64,000 nucleotides of DNA, from positions 843-64,842 of the forward strand of contig DATJYL010000185.1 in the NCBI GenBank assembly GCA_035499655.1. Direction: 5' to 3'. This DNA is from Pirellulales bacterium. Its GTDB lineage: Bacteria > Planctomycetota > Planctomycetia > Pirellulales > JADZDJ01. Below are positions 17,816-27,477 of the stretch, piece by piece; positions within the stretch are counted from its first letter, which is position 1; every line of letters starts with the position of its first letter. Both the position numbers and the translations under genes were made by a program. Under the pieces are notes generated by a model. It was not told where the DNA came from. It saw nothing but the letters and a program-made list of their open reading frames with translations, and searched no databases.

Positions 17816-19852
17816 TTAAGCCGGCGAATCGAGATAGGGATCCTGCCCCATTTGGACCAGCACTTTTTTGCGCTCCTTTTCGTGGTACATCAGCGATTTG
17901 CGGTCGCTGAAATAACGGCGCTCGATGCGCCGCTGCGCTTTGTGGAACCGTGGAGCCATCTCGTCAAACGGACCTGGAGATTGCTTTCCCAGTTCGCTGA
18001 GTCTATTCGCCTTTTTGGGGCCGAGGCCGTACAGCAATATGTCATCGTCCAGCGCTAAATACTGTCGGAACGAACCCGGATCGCCTTGCCGACCACAGCG
18101 GCCCACTAGCTGCCGATCGATGCGCGCGGCATCGTGCAGTTCGGTGCAAATGATGTGCAGTCCGCCCAATTCGGCCACGCCTTCACCCAGGCGAATGTCA
18201 GTGCCGCGGCCGGCCATATTGGTGGAAACCGTGACGCGGCCCGGTTGCCCGGCCTCGGCGATAATTTTTGCTTCGGTGGCAATTTGCCGGGCGTTGAGCA
18301 CTTGATGGGGCACATCGGCGGCGGTCAGCAGGGCCGAAAGCTTTTCCGATTTATCGATGGAGCGCGTGCCGATGAGAACGGGCCTGCCTGTTGCGCGCAC
18401 TTCCAGCACTTCTTGCACGAGGGCCGCAAATTTATCGTCTTCGGTGCCGAAGATGCGGTCTGGCAGCTTAGTACGGATCGGTGGCCGGTGGGTGGGAATC
18501 AGCACGACGCCGACTTTGTAAATTTTCCGCAGCTCACGGGCGCTGGTGGCGGCCGTTCCGGTCATGCCCGCCAAGCGCGGGTAACGTAGAAAATAATCTT
18601 GAATGGTGACGCGGGCGGCATGGCCGGTAGCGATGGTGACCGGCACGTTTTCCTTGGCTTCGATGGCCTGATGCAAACCGTCACGCCATTTGCGGCCTTC
18701 GGACAGACGGCCGGTAAACTCGTCGACAATGACGATTTCCCCTTCGCGGACAACATAGTGGCGATCGAGAATGAACGATTTTTCAGCTCGTACGGCGCGC
18801 TCTATGGCATCGTACAACGAGAGCATGCCCACCTGTTCCACCCAGCCGCTCCGCGGCAGGCTGCGAACAAAGCGGCGACCCTCGCCGGTGAGTTCGGCAG
18901 TGCGTTTTTCGTAATCGAACTCGTAATGTTCGTCTTCTACCAACTGCGGGGCGGCGGCGGCGCTCCACTTGTATAATTCTGCTTCGGCCTTTTGGGCTTC
19001 GTTGGGCAGGGCGCTGATAATGAGCGGCGTGCGAGCTTCGTCGATCAGAATGCTGTCGGCTTCGTCGACAATCACAAAACTGGCCGCGCGTTGCACCGGC
19101 TTTTCGCTTTCGGCACTGGAACCCTGACCGATCATTTGGGCCACAATATCGGTTTCGCCTTCCCGCGTGCGGCGCAGCAGCAAACGATCGCGGAGAAAAT
19201 CGAAACCGAATTCGTTGGCTGTACCGTAGGTAATGTCGCAGGCGTAGGCCTGGCGGCGCTGGTCGGAAGGCATTTGCGATTGAATGACGCCGACCGTCAT
19301 CCCCAGCGTTTCGTAAATGGGGCGCATCCAGTTGGCGTCGCGCATGGCCAGGTAATCGTTCACTGTGGCCAAATGCACGCCCTCGCCGGTAAGGGCCGCC
19401 AAGTATAATGGCAACGTGGCGGTGAGCGTTTTGCCTTCGCCGGTTTGCATTTCGGCAATCGCCCGATGGTGCAACGCAATGCCCCCCAGCAGTTGCACGT
19501 CGAAGTGCCGCATGTTCAGCTTGCGGCGACCCGCTTCGCGGACCAAGGCGTAAGCTTCCGGCAGGAGTTGATTCAACGACTCCTGACTCTTGGCCCGATA
19601 GCGCAGCGCCAAGCTCCGCTTGCGGATCTCTTCGTCGGTTTGCTGCATCAGTTCTTCTTCCAGCGCGCCGATGGCGGGCACTAATTGTGCCCAATGCGAA
19701 AGTTTCCACTTCGTCGGAGCCGTGGGCCACGAAGTGACGCGATCGAGCAGTTCTTGAGAGGCAGCGGGCACGGGCGGCGAAAAAATATGGCCAGTAGTAA
19801 GTGGTGAAAGAGGAACTGCGTGGTCCGGCGGCAAAAGATCGCAATGAATCAT
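17816..19852 (-). CDS. secA: SecA-family preprotein translocase ATPase, C-terminally truncated (motor domains only, ~680 aa; no HWD/SEC-C tail)
   Basis: …PEAYALVREAGRRKLNMRHFDVQLLGGIALH…MQTGEGKTLTATLP…TNMAGRGTDI…. The protein ends shortly after IRA1 (…YHEKERKKVLVQMGQDPYLDSPA*). Confidence 0.85.
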   Translation of the reverse strand: MIHCDLLPPDHAVPLSPLTTGHIFSPPVPAASQELLDRVTSWPTAPTKWKLSHWAQLVPAIGALEEELMQQTDEEIRKRSLALRYRAKSQESLNQLLPEAYALVREAGRRKLNMRHFDVQLLGGIALHHRAIAEMQTGEGKTLTATLPLYLAALTGEGVHLATVNDYLAMRDANWMRPIYETLGMTVGVIQSQMPSDQRRQAYACDITYGTANEFGFDFLRDRLLLRRTREGETDIVAQMIGQGSSAESEKPVQRAASFVIVDEADSILIDEARTPLIISALPNEAQKAEAELYKWSAAAAPQLVEDEHYEFDYEKRTAELTGEGRRFVRSLPRSGWVEQVGMLSLYDAIERAVRAEKSFILDRHYVVREGEIVIVDEFTGRLSEGRKWRDGLHQAIEAKENVPVTIATGHAARVTIQDYFLRYPRLAGMTGTAATSARELRKIYKVGVVLIPTHRPPIRTKLPDRIFGTEDDKFAALVQEVLEVRATGRPVLIGTRSIDKSEKLSALLTAADVPHQVLNARQIATEAKIIAEAGQPGRVTVSTNMAGRGTDIRLGEGVAELGGLHIICTELHDAARIDRQLVGRCGRQGDPGSFRQYLALDDDILLYGLGPKKANRLSELGKQSPGPFDEMAPRFHKAQRRIERRYFSDRKSLMYHEKERKKVLVQMGQDPYLDSPA

Positions 19853-20021
19853 TATCCTTCTGCCTATTCTACGCCAACTTACGCCGCTTGTCCGCTTCCA
19901 TTCGCATTGAATGCGCAGCAGGCATCGCAAAAATCATTTGACCGGCATTTTCCACCTATTTAGACTGGAATTTGAATCTTGCCGAGTCTTGACGGAGGCA
20001 AAGCACGTATAATTTGCGGCG

Positions 20022-21656
20022 ATGGCGTGCCGTTGGAGAGTTCAGTCCATGCAGATTGTGCGACTCAACGCCGCTTTAGTCTTCCTCTGCTGCCTGTCGG
20101 CGGTGAGCGGAATTGCCCAGGCGGCGACGCCGTACTCGATGGATTGGCTTGAGCAATTCGGCACCAGCGCTTGGGACCAGGCGTACGGCGTTTCGGCGGA
20201 TGGTACAGGCAACGTTTATGTGACAGGCGAAACCGCCGGCTCGCTGGGCGGGACCAACGCTGGTTTTTATGACGCGTTCGATGCGAAATACAACATTCAA
20301 GGCGTCGCCCAGCAAACCACCCAGTATGGCGACACCGGCAGTGACGTCGGCACCGGCATTTCTGCGGACAGCTTGGGAAACGTCTTCGTGGCCGGTTACT
20401 CGCAAGGCCCGCTCAACGGACCAAATAATGGCGGCTTTCAAGCGCAGTTAAGCAATTACACTCCGGCTGGAACGCTGCAATGGTCGCAATATATAGGTCC
20501 GGTGCAAACTTACGCCTATGGCGTTTCCGCCGATGGCCAGGGGAACGCTTATATCGCCGGTTATACCACGGGTTCGTTGAATCAACCGAACGCCGGCGGA
20601 TACGACGCCTACGTCGCTAAGTATGATTCGACAGGCAACGCGCTGTGGACACATCAGTTTGGAACGAGTGCACAAGATCAAGCCCTTGGAGTCGCCGCCG
20701 ACGGTGCGAACAGCGTGTACGTAACGGGATCGACGCAAGGCTCGCTGGGCGGAACCAATGCCGGCGGGTACGACGCTTTCGTCAGAAAATACGATGCGGC
20801 GGGCAATTTGCAATGGACTCAACAGCTGGGCTCGGCTGGCAATGACATCGCTGAAGCGGTGGCCGCCAAATCGGGTTGCTTGTACATCGTGGGCAATACT
20901 TCTGGGTCATTGGGTGGAACCAACGCCGGCTTGGCCGACGCTTTCATCAGCAAATTCAGCTCGGCCGGAGTGCTGCAATGGACCAAGCAATTTGGCACCA
21001 GCGGCAACGATTACGCCGACGGTGTGGCCGCCGATGCTAATGGCAATGTTTTTGTGGTGGGCTATACCCAGGGGGCGCTCGGCGGAACCAACGTCGGCGG
21101 TTATGACGCTTTTTTGAGCGAATTCAATGCTGCCGGAAATCTGCAGTGGACCCAACAACTGGGCAGCCCTGGAAACGATTTTGCCACGTCCGTTTCGGTC
21201 GACGGTTTTGGTCATGTGTTTGTCGCTGGCGACACAACCGGCTCGCTGGGCGGGACAAATGCGGGATCGTATGACGCCTGGCTGGCGCGGTTTTCGCCCG
21301 TGCCAATGCTGGGCGATTTCAATCGAGATGGAGTCGTCGACAGCGCCGACATCAACGCGATGATGGCCGCCTTGACCAATTTGTCCAATTACACAACAGA
21401 CTACGATCTGTCCCCCGCCCAACTTTTGGCCATCGGAGATTTCAACGGCGATGGCGTCATTACCAACGCCGATCTGCAGGGACTGTTAAAAGCCCTAATT
21501 GACGACAGTTGGCAGTATCAGCCTGTCCCGGAGCCGGCAAGTTTTCTGCTGCTGGCGATGGCCGGAGCGCTGTGCCTGTGGGAAAGAAAGCGCCGCAGTG
21601 GGGTTTTTGCGAGGCCGAATCCCGAATTGAACTTTCTTCGCGACCAATCGGGTTAA
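20022..21656 (+). CDS. Secreted SBBP beta-propeller-repeat protein with dockerin-like repeats and a PEP-CTERM sorting signal
   Basis: Repeating …GTS..D.A.GVA.D..GNVYVTG.T.GSLGGTNAG.YDAF… units. DFNRDGVVDSADI / DFNGDGVITNADL dockerin motifs. C-terminal PVPEPASFLLLAMAGALCLWERKRRS. Confidence 0.7.
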   Translation: MACRWRVQSMQIVRLNAALVFLCCLSAVSGIAQAATPYSMDWLEQFGTSAWDQAYGVSADGTGNVYVTGETAGSLGGTNAGFYDAFDAKYNIQGVAQQTTQYGDTGSDVGTGISADSLGNVFVAGYSQGPLNGPNNGGFQAQLSNYTPAGTLQWSQYIGPVQTYAYGVSADGQGNAYIAGYTTGSLNQPNAGGYDAYVAKYDSTGNALWTHQFGTSAQDQALGVAADGANSVYVTGSTQGSLGGTNAGGYDAFVRKYDAAGNLQWTQQLGSAGNDIAEAVAAKSGCLYIVGNTSGSLGGTNAGLADAFISKFSSAGVLQWTKQFGTSGNDYADGVAADANGNVFVVGYTQGALGGTNVGGYDAFLSEFNAAGNLQWTQQLGSPGNDFATSVSVDGFGHVFVAGDTTGSLGGTNAGSYDAWLARFSPVPMLGDFNRDGVVDSADINAMMAALTNLSNYTTDYDLSPAQLLAIGDFNGDGVITNADLQGLLKALIDDSWQYQPVPEPASFLLLAMAGALCLWERKRRSGVFARPNPELNFLRDQSG

Positions 21657-22762
21657 TGCATCGGCGCGACAATGGTCGTCTGCGATGGAGCCGCGGCAAC
21701 CGGCGGAGTTGGATAGTAGGGCGCCGCATTATACGGAGTCGCTGCCGGCAGCTCGGAAATATCTGGAATTCGTCCGCTCGCGGTCGATGCATTACCGACC
21801 GAAGCTCCACTCGCAGCCGAATTAGCGAGCGATTGATTCAATGTGGCGGACGAGCTGCTTCCGCTCGTTTGGCTGCTTGCGCCCGCTGGAACTGCAGACA
21901 TTGTGCCACTGGGACGGAACAAGCCCGGCGCTGCGCCGCCCGCCGCATTGGGCGGTGTATTTGAATTTGATGAATTGATGGAGTTAGATAGTTCAATAAT
22001 GCGAATCGGACTCTGAGACGACGTTGTCGATGCACTGCTTTGACCCGCGCCTCCGGAACCTTGGGTTCCGTTTGCGGAACTCTTTCCCGCCGGTTCCCAA
22101 TGCGTAGCGGGGGTCACCGCATTTCCGGAGGCGCCTGCCCCACCCGATGCAAGAGTGACGCCAGCCGGCGGGCTGGCTAATGTTGGTGTGCCGGTCGAAT
22201 TCGGCGGCGAACCATTTGTCGCGGCCAAGACGTTCGCGCCGGGCATTGTGGACGGCGGTTGCGCCAAGGTGGGCGTGCCATATTGAGGCCCCGTTGCCAC
22301 CTGCGGATAACCAGGATAAGGATTTGTTGTGCCGCCTGGCGGACCGTAAATCGGTCGAGTGGCGGCGGAAATCGGATAAGCCGCCGGGCTTGCCCCGGGG
22401 GGTGTGGCTGGCGTAGGTTGCGGCGACACGTTCGGCGTGAATGAAGACATGCCGCCGGCTGGCGCTGGCGAAAAATTCATCGGCACACCGCCACGCGGCA
22501 GTGTGGGAATGGCTCCCGCAGGAGCCGGGCTGCCCATCGGCGGGCTGGTAACCGGCGCGGTTGCAGGCGGCGTAGCATAGCTTCCAGCGGGCGTGCCGTA
22601 ATAAGGTTGACCCGGCGGCGGAGTGGCAGTAGCCGGCGGCGGAGTGGCAGTAGCCGGCGGCGGAACAACCGTCGGACCCAAAAACGGATCGTTCACCGGC
22701 TGCGGGCTACGGCAACCGGCGCACAGGGCCACAGCCATCAACAGGCCCGAGATCCGCTTCAT
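21653..22762 (-). CDS. Pro/Ala/Thr/Ser-rich putative lipoprotein
   Basis: Lipobox LMAVALCAGC. Tandem PPPATATPPPATATPPP encoded by a 24 bp direct DNA repeat at ~22600-22680. Confidence 0.5.
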   Translation of the reverse strand: MKRISGLLMAVALCAGCRSPQPVNDPFLGPTVVPPPATATPPPATATPPPGQPYYGTPAGSYATPPATAPVTSPPMGSPAPAGAIPTLPRGGVPMNFSPAPAGGMSSFTPNVSPQPTPATPPGASPAAYPISAATRPIYGPPGGTTNPYPGYPQVATGPQYGTPTLAQPPSTMPGANVLAATNGSPPNSTGTPTLASPPAGVTLASGGAGASGNAVTPATHWEPAGKSSANGTQGSGGAGQSSASTTSSQSPIRIIELSNSINSSNSNTPPNAAGGAAPGLFRPSGTMSAVPAGASSQTSGSSSSATLNQSLANSAASGASVGNASTASGRIPDISELPAATPYNAAPYYPTPPVAAAPSQTTIVAPMH

Positions 22763-22997
22763 CGGGGAACTCCTTTTCGCCCTTCGCCTTATCACTGTGC
22801 GATTTCGAAGACAGATGTCTTGGAAAAAACTTTGGCCCCGAGAATCAATGCTGCCATGCAAGATGAGGGGCGAGTAGATTAACGAAATAGCCCGTTTTGT
22901 CCAGACCGATTTTTAGGCTTTCATCGGTGCTGGCTGTCAATAAAAACGGAGAGCGCGGAACAAGTCCGCAACTCTCCGCGAAGAGGAACCGCCGCGA

Positions 22998-23456
22998 CTA
23001 TTGGCTAATGATTTGCGTGCTAGCTGTGGCAGCGACCAGGCCCGAGGACTTGATGAATGGATTGATCAACACTTGCGGCACTTTGGGTGTGTAGGAGGCC
23101 GTATGTGCCGACGATGGTTTGGCCGGCTTGCTTTCTTTATTTTGCGGCACGTACGGATTGATGATTTCCTGCGGCACGTCGGCGGTCACTTCCGGAGTCA
23201 TGGTTCCCGGCGGATATGCAAACGGGCTCCAGCCGTAACTGCGCGGCACAGGCAGGCTGTAATATACTGGCGGGAACATGGAGAAGTACGGCACTTCTTC
23301 TACACGCGAACCGTACAGCCCATACGGAAAGTTCACGCCGCACCCACCCCAGCCGCCACATCCGCCGCAGTACGGACTTTGCGCCGTTGCGCGCGAACTG
23401 TAACACATGGCCACGATCGCCAGCGCCACCCCAGTAATTGCTATGATTCGACTCAT
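22998..23456 (-). CDS. Small secreted Cys/Gly/Tyr/Pro-rich protein
   Basis: Signal peptide MSRIIAITGVALAIVAMCYSS. CGGCGGWGGCG motif. Y/P-rich body. Confidence 0.4.
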   Translation of the reverse strand: MSRIIAITGVALAIVAMCYSSRATAQSPYCGGCGGWGGCGVNFPYGLYGSRVEEVPYFSMFPPVYYSLPVPRSYGWSPFAYPPGTMTPEVTADVPQEIINPYVPQNKESKPAKPSSAHTASYTPKVPQVLINPFIKSSGLVAATASTQIISQ

Positions 23457-23630
23457 TGCCAGGTCCCTCACAGAATGTAAAACAACGATCTAAGAAGTTG
23501 AATTCAGCGTTCCGCTAAAACCATCTTCTACACTAAACAGCCGCCAGTGCGGTTACAACAGTTGAGGAATGACAATTTCCAGCCTTCTTTCTGACTTCGG
23601 CGCGGGTCGAGAATTCTCGGCCATTGATGG

Positions 23631-24761
23631 ATGACTAACCTGATGGCGAAAACTTCGATCACGGTTGAACTTAAAGCCCAAGCGGCGCGGCTGGGGTTCG
23701 ATTTGTGCGGGATTTGCCCGGCTTTCGAGCCGCCGGGAGTGGATCGGCTGCAAACTTGGCTGGCGGCTGGCTATGCCGGGCAAATGCATTATTTGCCAGA
23801 CAGAGCTAAAGCCGCCGCACATCCGCGGCATGTGTTGGACGGTGCCCGCAGCATTGTGATGCTGGCGATGAATTACCGCACGGCCGAACCGGCAGAACCC
23901 AAGTCAGGGCAGGGGAGAGTTTCGCGGTATGCCTGGGGCGCCGATTACCACGATGTGATCCGCTTGCGGCTGACGGAATTGGCCGACTGGTTGAGAGTGC
24001 AATCGCCGGGCGCGAATGTGCGGGGCGTGGTCGATACGGCGCCCTTATTGGAACGGGAGTTTGCACAGTTGGCCGGCCTGGGCTGGATCGGCAAAAACAC
24101 GCTGCTGCTCAATAAACAAATTGGAAGCTGGTTCTTCCTGGCCGCGCTTTTGACGGATGTTGAACTAGAATATGACACGCCGCATGAAACCGATCATTGC
24201 GGCACGTGTCGTGCTTGCCTGGATGCCTGTCCCACCGGCGCGTTTGTCGATGCCTATGTGCTTGATGCCCGGCGGTGCATTAGTTATTTGACGATTGAGC
24301 TGCGAGAAGCCATTCCTACTGAATTGCGCAGCGGCGTGGGACAGTGGCTGTTCGGCTGCGACGTGTGCCAAGATGTTTGTCCGTGGAACACTCGAGCGCC
24401 GATTTCCACCGAGCCGACCTTTCAGCCCGTCGAGGGAATGAATGCGATCGAATTGGCCGCGCTGTTTGAATTGGACGACGCCGGCTTTCGCCAGCGGTTC
24501 CGGCACACCCCGTTGTGGCGTGCTAAACGCCGCGGTTTGCTGCGCAACGCAGCGATTGTGCTGGGCAACATGCCGGATGCGGCAGCGCTGCCGGCGCTGA
24601 TTCGTGGATTGAATGATGGCGAACCGCTGGTCCGCGCCGCCTGCGCTTGGGCGCTGGGAAGTTATGATTGTGGTCCGGCGGCTATGGAAGTAGACAAACG
24701 ACTGGCGGTCGAACAGGACGACGCCGTGAGAAAAGAAATCCAACATAGCCGACAGCGCTAG
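23631..24761 (+). CDS. queG: Epoxyqueuosine reductase QueG (4Fe-4S, cobalamin-dependent) with C-terminal HEAT repeats
   Basis: CGTCRACLDACPTGAF and CDVCQDVCPWN ferredoxin motifs in a QueG-like context. C-terminal …LPALIRGLNDGEPLVRAACAWALG HEAT repeat. Confidence 0.8.
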   Translation: MTNLMAKTSITVELKAQAARLGFDLCGICPAFEPPGVDRLQTWLAAGYAGQMHYLPDRAKAAAHPRHVLDGARSIVMLAMNYRTAEPAEPKSGQGRVSRYAWGADYHDVIRLRLTELADWLRVQSPGANVRGVVDTAPLLEREFAQLAGLGWIGKNTLLLNKQIGSWFFLAALLTDVELEYDTPHETDHCGTCRACLDACPTGAFVDAYVLDARRCISYLTIELREAIPTELRSGVGQWLFGCDVCQDVCPWNTRAPISTEPTFQPVEGMNAIELAALFELDDAGFRQRFRHTPLWRAKRRGLLRNAAIVLGNMPDAAALPALIRGLNDGEPLVRAACAWALGSYDCGPAAMEVDKRLAVEQDDAVRKEIQHSRQR

Positions 24762-24763
24762 AA

Positions 24764-25903
24764 TCACTCAACGACTTCGCACTCGGCGGTTTCGTCGACA
24801 TCCAATTCTGGATGCCGGCCGGGTAAATCTTCGGCGTAATACGCTTCGAGTACTTGTTGCAATTCATGCGGCCGGCGGACGGCAATGAAGGCATCTCGAA
24901 CTTTCAGCGACTCCGGATGCAGCCGCGAATACTTGATGCCGAATTTGCGCATTTGTCGGCCGCAGGCTTCGGGGCCATAAATTTCGGCCGCGAGGCGATA
25001 GTGTTCCGCGATGATGCGGCGCTGCTCGTGCAAGCGGGGCGGATCGGGGAGTCCCGGCGCGCCGGGAGCGGCCAAGGCGCACACTTGCGAAAAAATCCAC
25101 GGGTTGCCGATCGCGCCGCGGGCGACGGTGACGCCATCAACGCCCGTGTAACGCAGCATCTCCAAACATGCTTGCGGTGTGAATAAATCGCCGCTGCCCA
25201 AAACGGTGCGCTGGCCGGCATGCTGCTTTACTTCGCGCAAAAAATCCCACGAGCTGGCACCGACGTAGCGCTGCTCCACCGTGCGGCCGTGAACGGTGAT
25301 GGCAGCAACGCCACGATGGAATGCGCCGTCGAAAATGGTGAAGAACTTGTCACGGCTGGCGGCGCTATCATCCAGGCCGCGGCGCATTTTCACCGTGACG
25401 GGAATGTGCGGCGGAACGGCCGCTCGCACTCGGGAAACAATTTCCAGCGCGGTTTCCACTTGCCCCAACAGAAATCCGCCGCGGCATCGGCCCAACACTT
25501 TTTTTACCGGGCAGCCGAAATTGATGTCGATGATGTCGAACCCCGCCTGCACCAATCGCTGGGCCGCGGGAGCAAAATCGTCGGGATTGGCTCCCATCGA
25601 TTGACCGCCCACGGGATGTTCTTCGTCGGCCACGTGCAAGCGCCGGTTGCTTTTTTTAGAGTGCCCGGTCGTGTTGACGAATTGATCGAGCAGCACTTCA
25701 CACAGCGTGTAGGGCGCGCCAAGGCGGCGGGCAATCACCCGCATGGCTGCGTCGCTGTAACCAGACAGCGCCGCCTGCACGACGGGAAAGCCGATGTGCA
25801 CGTTGCCGATGCGAAGATCGGGCAGGCGACTGGCAGTAGGCGGTAGACAGTGGGTAACTGCTTCCGCAGCAATCGGTGGTTGAACGCTGGCCATGAACGG
25901 CAT
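24764..25903 (-). CDS. dus: tRNA-dihydrouridine synthase (Dus family), paralog 2
   Basis: …PVVQAALSGYSDAAMRVIARRLGAPYTLCEVL…IDINFGCP… Dus/TIM-barrel signature. Confidence 0.8.
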   Translation of the reverse strand: MPFMASVQPPIAAEAVTHCLPPTASRLPDLRIGNVHIGFPVVQAALSGYSDAAMRVIARRLGAPYTLCEVLLDQFVNTTGHSKKSNRRLHVADEEHPVGGQSMGANPDDFAPAAQRLVQAGFDIIDINFGCPVKKVLGRCRGGFLLGQVETALEIVSRVRAAVPPHIPVTVKMRRGLDDSAASRDKFFTIFDGAFHRGVAAITVHGRTVEQRYVGASSWDFLREVKQHAGQRTVLGSGDLFTPQACLEMLRYTGVDGVTVARGAIGNPWIFSQVCALAAPGAPGLPDPPRLHEQRRIIAEHYRLAAEIYGPEACGRQMRKFGIKYSRLHPESLKVRDAFIAVRRPHELQQVLEAYYAEDLPGRHPELDVDETAECEVVE

Positions 25904-25948
25904 TTTGCATCGCGATTGTCACTCGATGCAACACCGGGCAGAAAATAC

Positions 25949-27403
25949 TCAATGTAACACCGGGCAGAAATCGAACCATTCGCGGCCTTGGGATTGCATC
26001 CATTGGCTCGATTCTTCCGGTCCCCACAGCCCGGGCTCGTAAATGTACAGCTTGGGTTCGCGGCGCTCCTGCCACGTCTTGAGAATGGGGTTGATCACGC
26101 CCCAGGCGGTTTCCACCTCGTCGGCGCGAGCAAACAGCCCGGGGTCGCCTTGCATGGCATCGAGCAGCAAGCGTTCGTATGCCTCGGGCATGACGCCGTG
26201 AAATTCGCGCTGAAAGCTAAAATCCAAATCGGCCTGGCGCAGCTTCATGCCGGCATCAGGAATTTTTGTTTGGAACAAAAGTTGAATGCCTTCAGCCGGC
26301 TGGACTTGAATCACCAGCCGATTGCCCCCTTGAATGCCGCGCGGGCCGCAAGGAAACAACATCAGTGGCGGAGCGTTGAACTGGATGACAATTTGCGAAG
26401 TGCGGCACGACATGGCCTTGCCGCTGCGCAAATAAAACGGCACGCCCTGCCAGCGCCAATTTTCCACGCACAGTTTGGCGACCGCAAAAGTAGCGGTTTG
26501 GCTGTCCGCCGGCACATCTTTCTCCGTCGTGTAACCCCGATATTGGCCGCGGAGCGTGTTGCGGACGACGTCATCCGACGACATGACGCGAATGGCGGAC
26601 AGCACCTTCAATTTTTCATCGCGCACAGCATCCGCCTGATACCGGGCCGGGCATTCCATCGCCGTCATGGCAAGCAATTGCAGCAAATGGTTTTGAAACA
26701 TGTCGCGCAGCACGCCGCTTTTGTCGTAATACCCACCACGGTGTCCGACGGTGACATCCTCGGCGGCGGTGATTTGCACGTGATCGATATAGCGGCGGTT
26801 CCAGACCGGCTCAAAAATGCTGTTGGCGAACCGCAGCACCAACATGTTTTGCACGGTTTCCTTGCCCAGGTAATGATCGATGCGATATACCTGCTTTTCG
26901 GCGAACACTTTGTGTACGGCGGCGTTCAAGTGCTGCGCGCTGGCCAAATCGGTGCCGAAAGGCTTTTCGATAATCACGCGGCGCGGGCCTTGGCTTTCGT
27001 CGGCCAGACCGGCCGAGCCCAAATTCGCCACGGCCTGTTCGTACAATTGCGGCGCGGTGGACAGATAATACAACCGTGTGCTTGGCCGACCTTGTTCAAT
27101 TTCGGCGAGCGTTTTAGCCAGCGCGGCAAAATCGGACGGCTGGCTAATATCGCCGGCTTGATAAAACAACGACGGCGCGAACTGCTGCCAGAAGGCGTCG
27201 TTCCATTCCTTTTCGGTGAATTTTTGCGTCGAAGCGGCTAAATCTTTCCGCCACTCGTCGTGCGAAAATTTCGACCGCGAAACACCCACCACCCGCGTCC
27301 CCGGCGGCAACCGTTCCTTCCGCGCCAATGAAAATAGCGCGGGAATCAGCTTCCGGCTGGTCAAATCGCCCGAGGCGCCGAAGATAACAATGGTATTCGG
27401 CAT
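25949..27403 (-). CDS. zwf: Glucose-6-phosphate 1-dehydrogenase
   Basis: MPNTIVIFGASGDLTSRKLIPALF… and RIDHYLGKE active-site motif. Confidence 0.9.
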   Translation of the reverse strand: MPNTIVIFGASGDLTSRKLIPALFSLARKERLPPGTRVVGVSRSKFSHDEWRKDLAASTQKFTEKEWNDAFWQQFAPSLFYQAGDISQPSDFAALAKTLAEIEQGRPSTRLYYLSTAPQLYEQAVANLGSAGLADESQGPRRVIIEKPFGTDLASAQHLNAAVHKVFAEKQVYRIDHYLGKETVQNMLVLRFANSIFEPVWNRRYIDHVQITAAEDVTVGHRGGYYDKSGVLRDMFQNHLLQLLAMTAMECPARYQADAVRDEKLKVLSAIRVMSSDDVVRNTLRGQYRGYTTEKDVPADSQTATFAVAKLCVENWRWQGVPFYLRSGKAMSCRTSQIVIQFNAPPLMLFPCGPRGIQGGNRLVIQVQPAEGIQLLFQTKIPDAGMKLRQADLDFSFQREFHGVMPEAYERLLLDAMQGDPGLFARADEVETAWGVINPILKTWQERREPKLYIYEPGLWGPEESSQWMQSQGREWFDFCPVLH

Positions 27404-27477
27404 GACGGCGCCTCCACGAATTAAGGCTTAGGAATCAGGGCGCAAGACACACCATTGTAGAAGCCTGGGTGATTTTT

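Noticed and set aside
18783-19844. 353-aa minus-strand ORF nested in secA in an alternative frame
   Set aside because: Arg/Ser/Pro-rich nonsense. The SecA frame carries all conserved motifs.
19985-20012. Sigma70-like promoter TTGACG…TATAAT upstream of the SBBP/PEP-CTERM gene
   Set aside because: Spacer between the hexamers is only 13 nt. Planctomycete promoter consensus is unknown, so not reported as a feature.
22607-22882. Plus-strand ORFs (84-91 aa) over the 24-bp tandem repeat
   Set aside because: Antisense to the Pro-rich lipoprotein gene. Arg-rich repeat artefacts.
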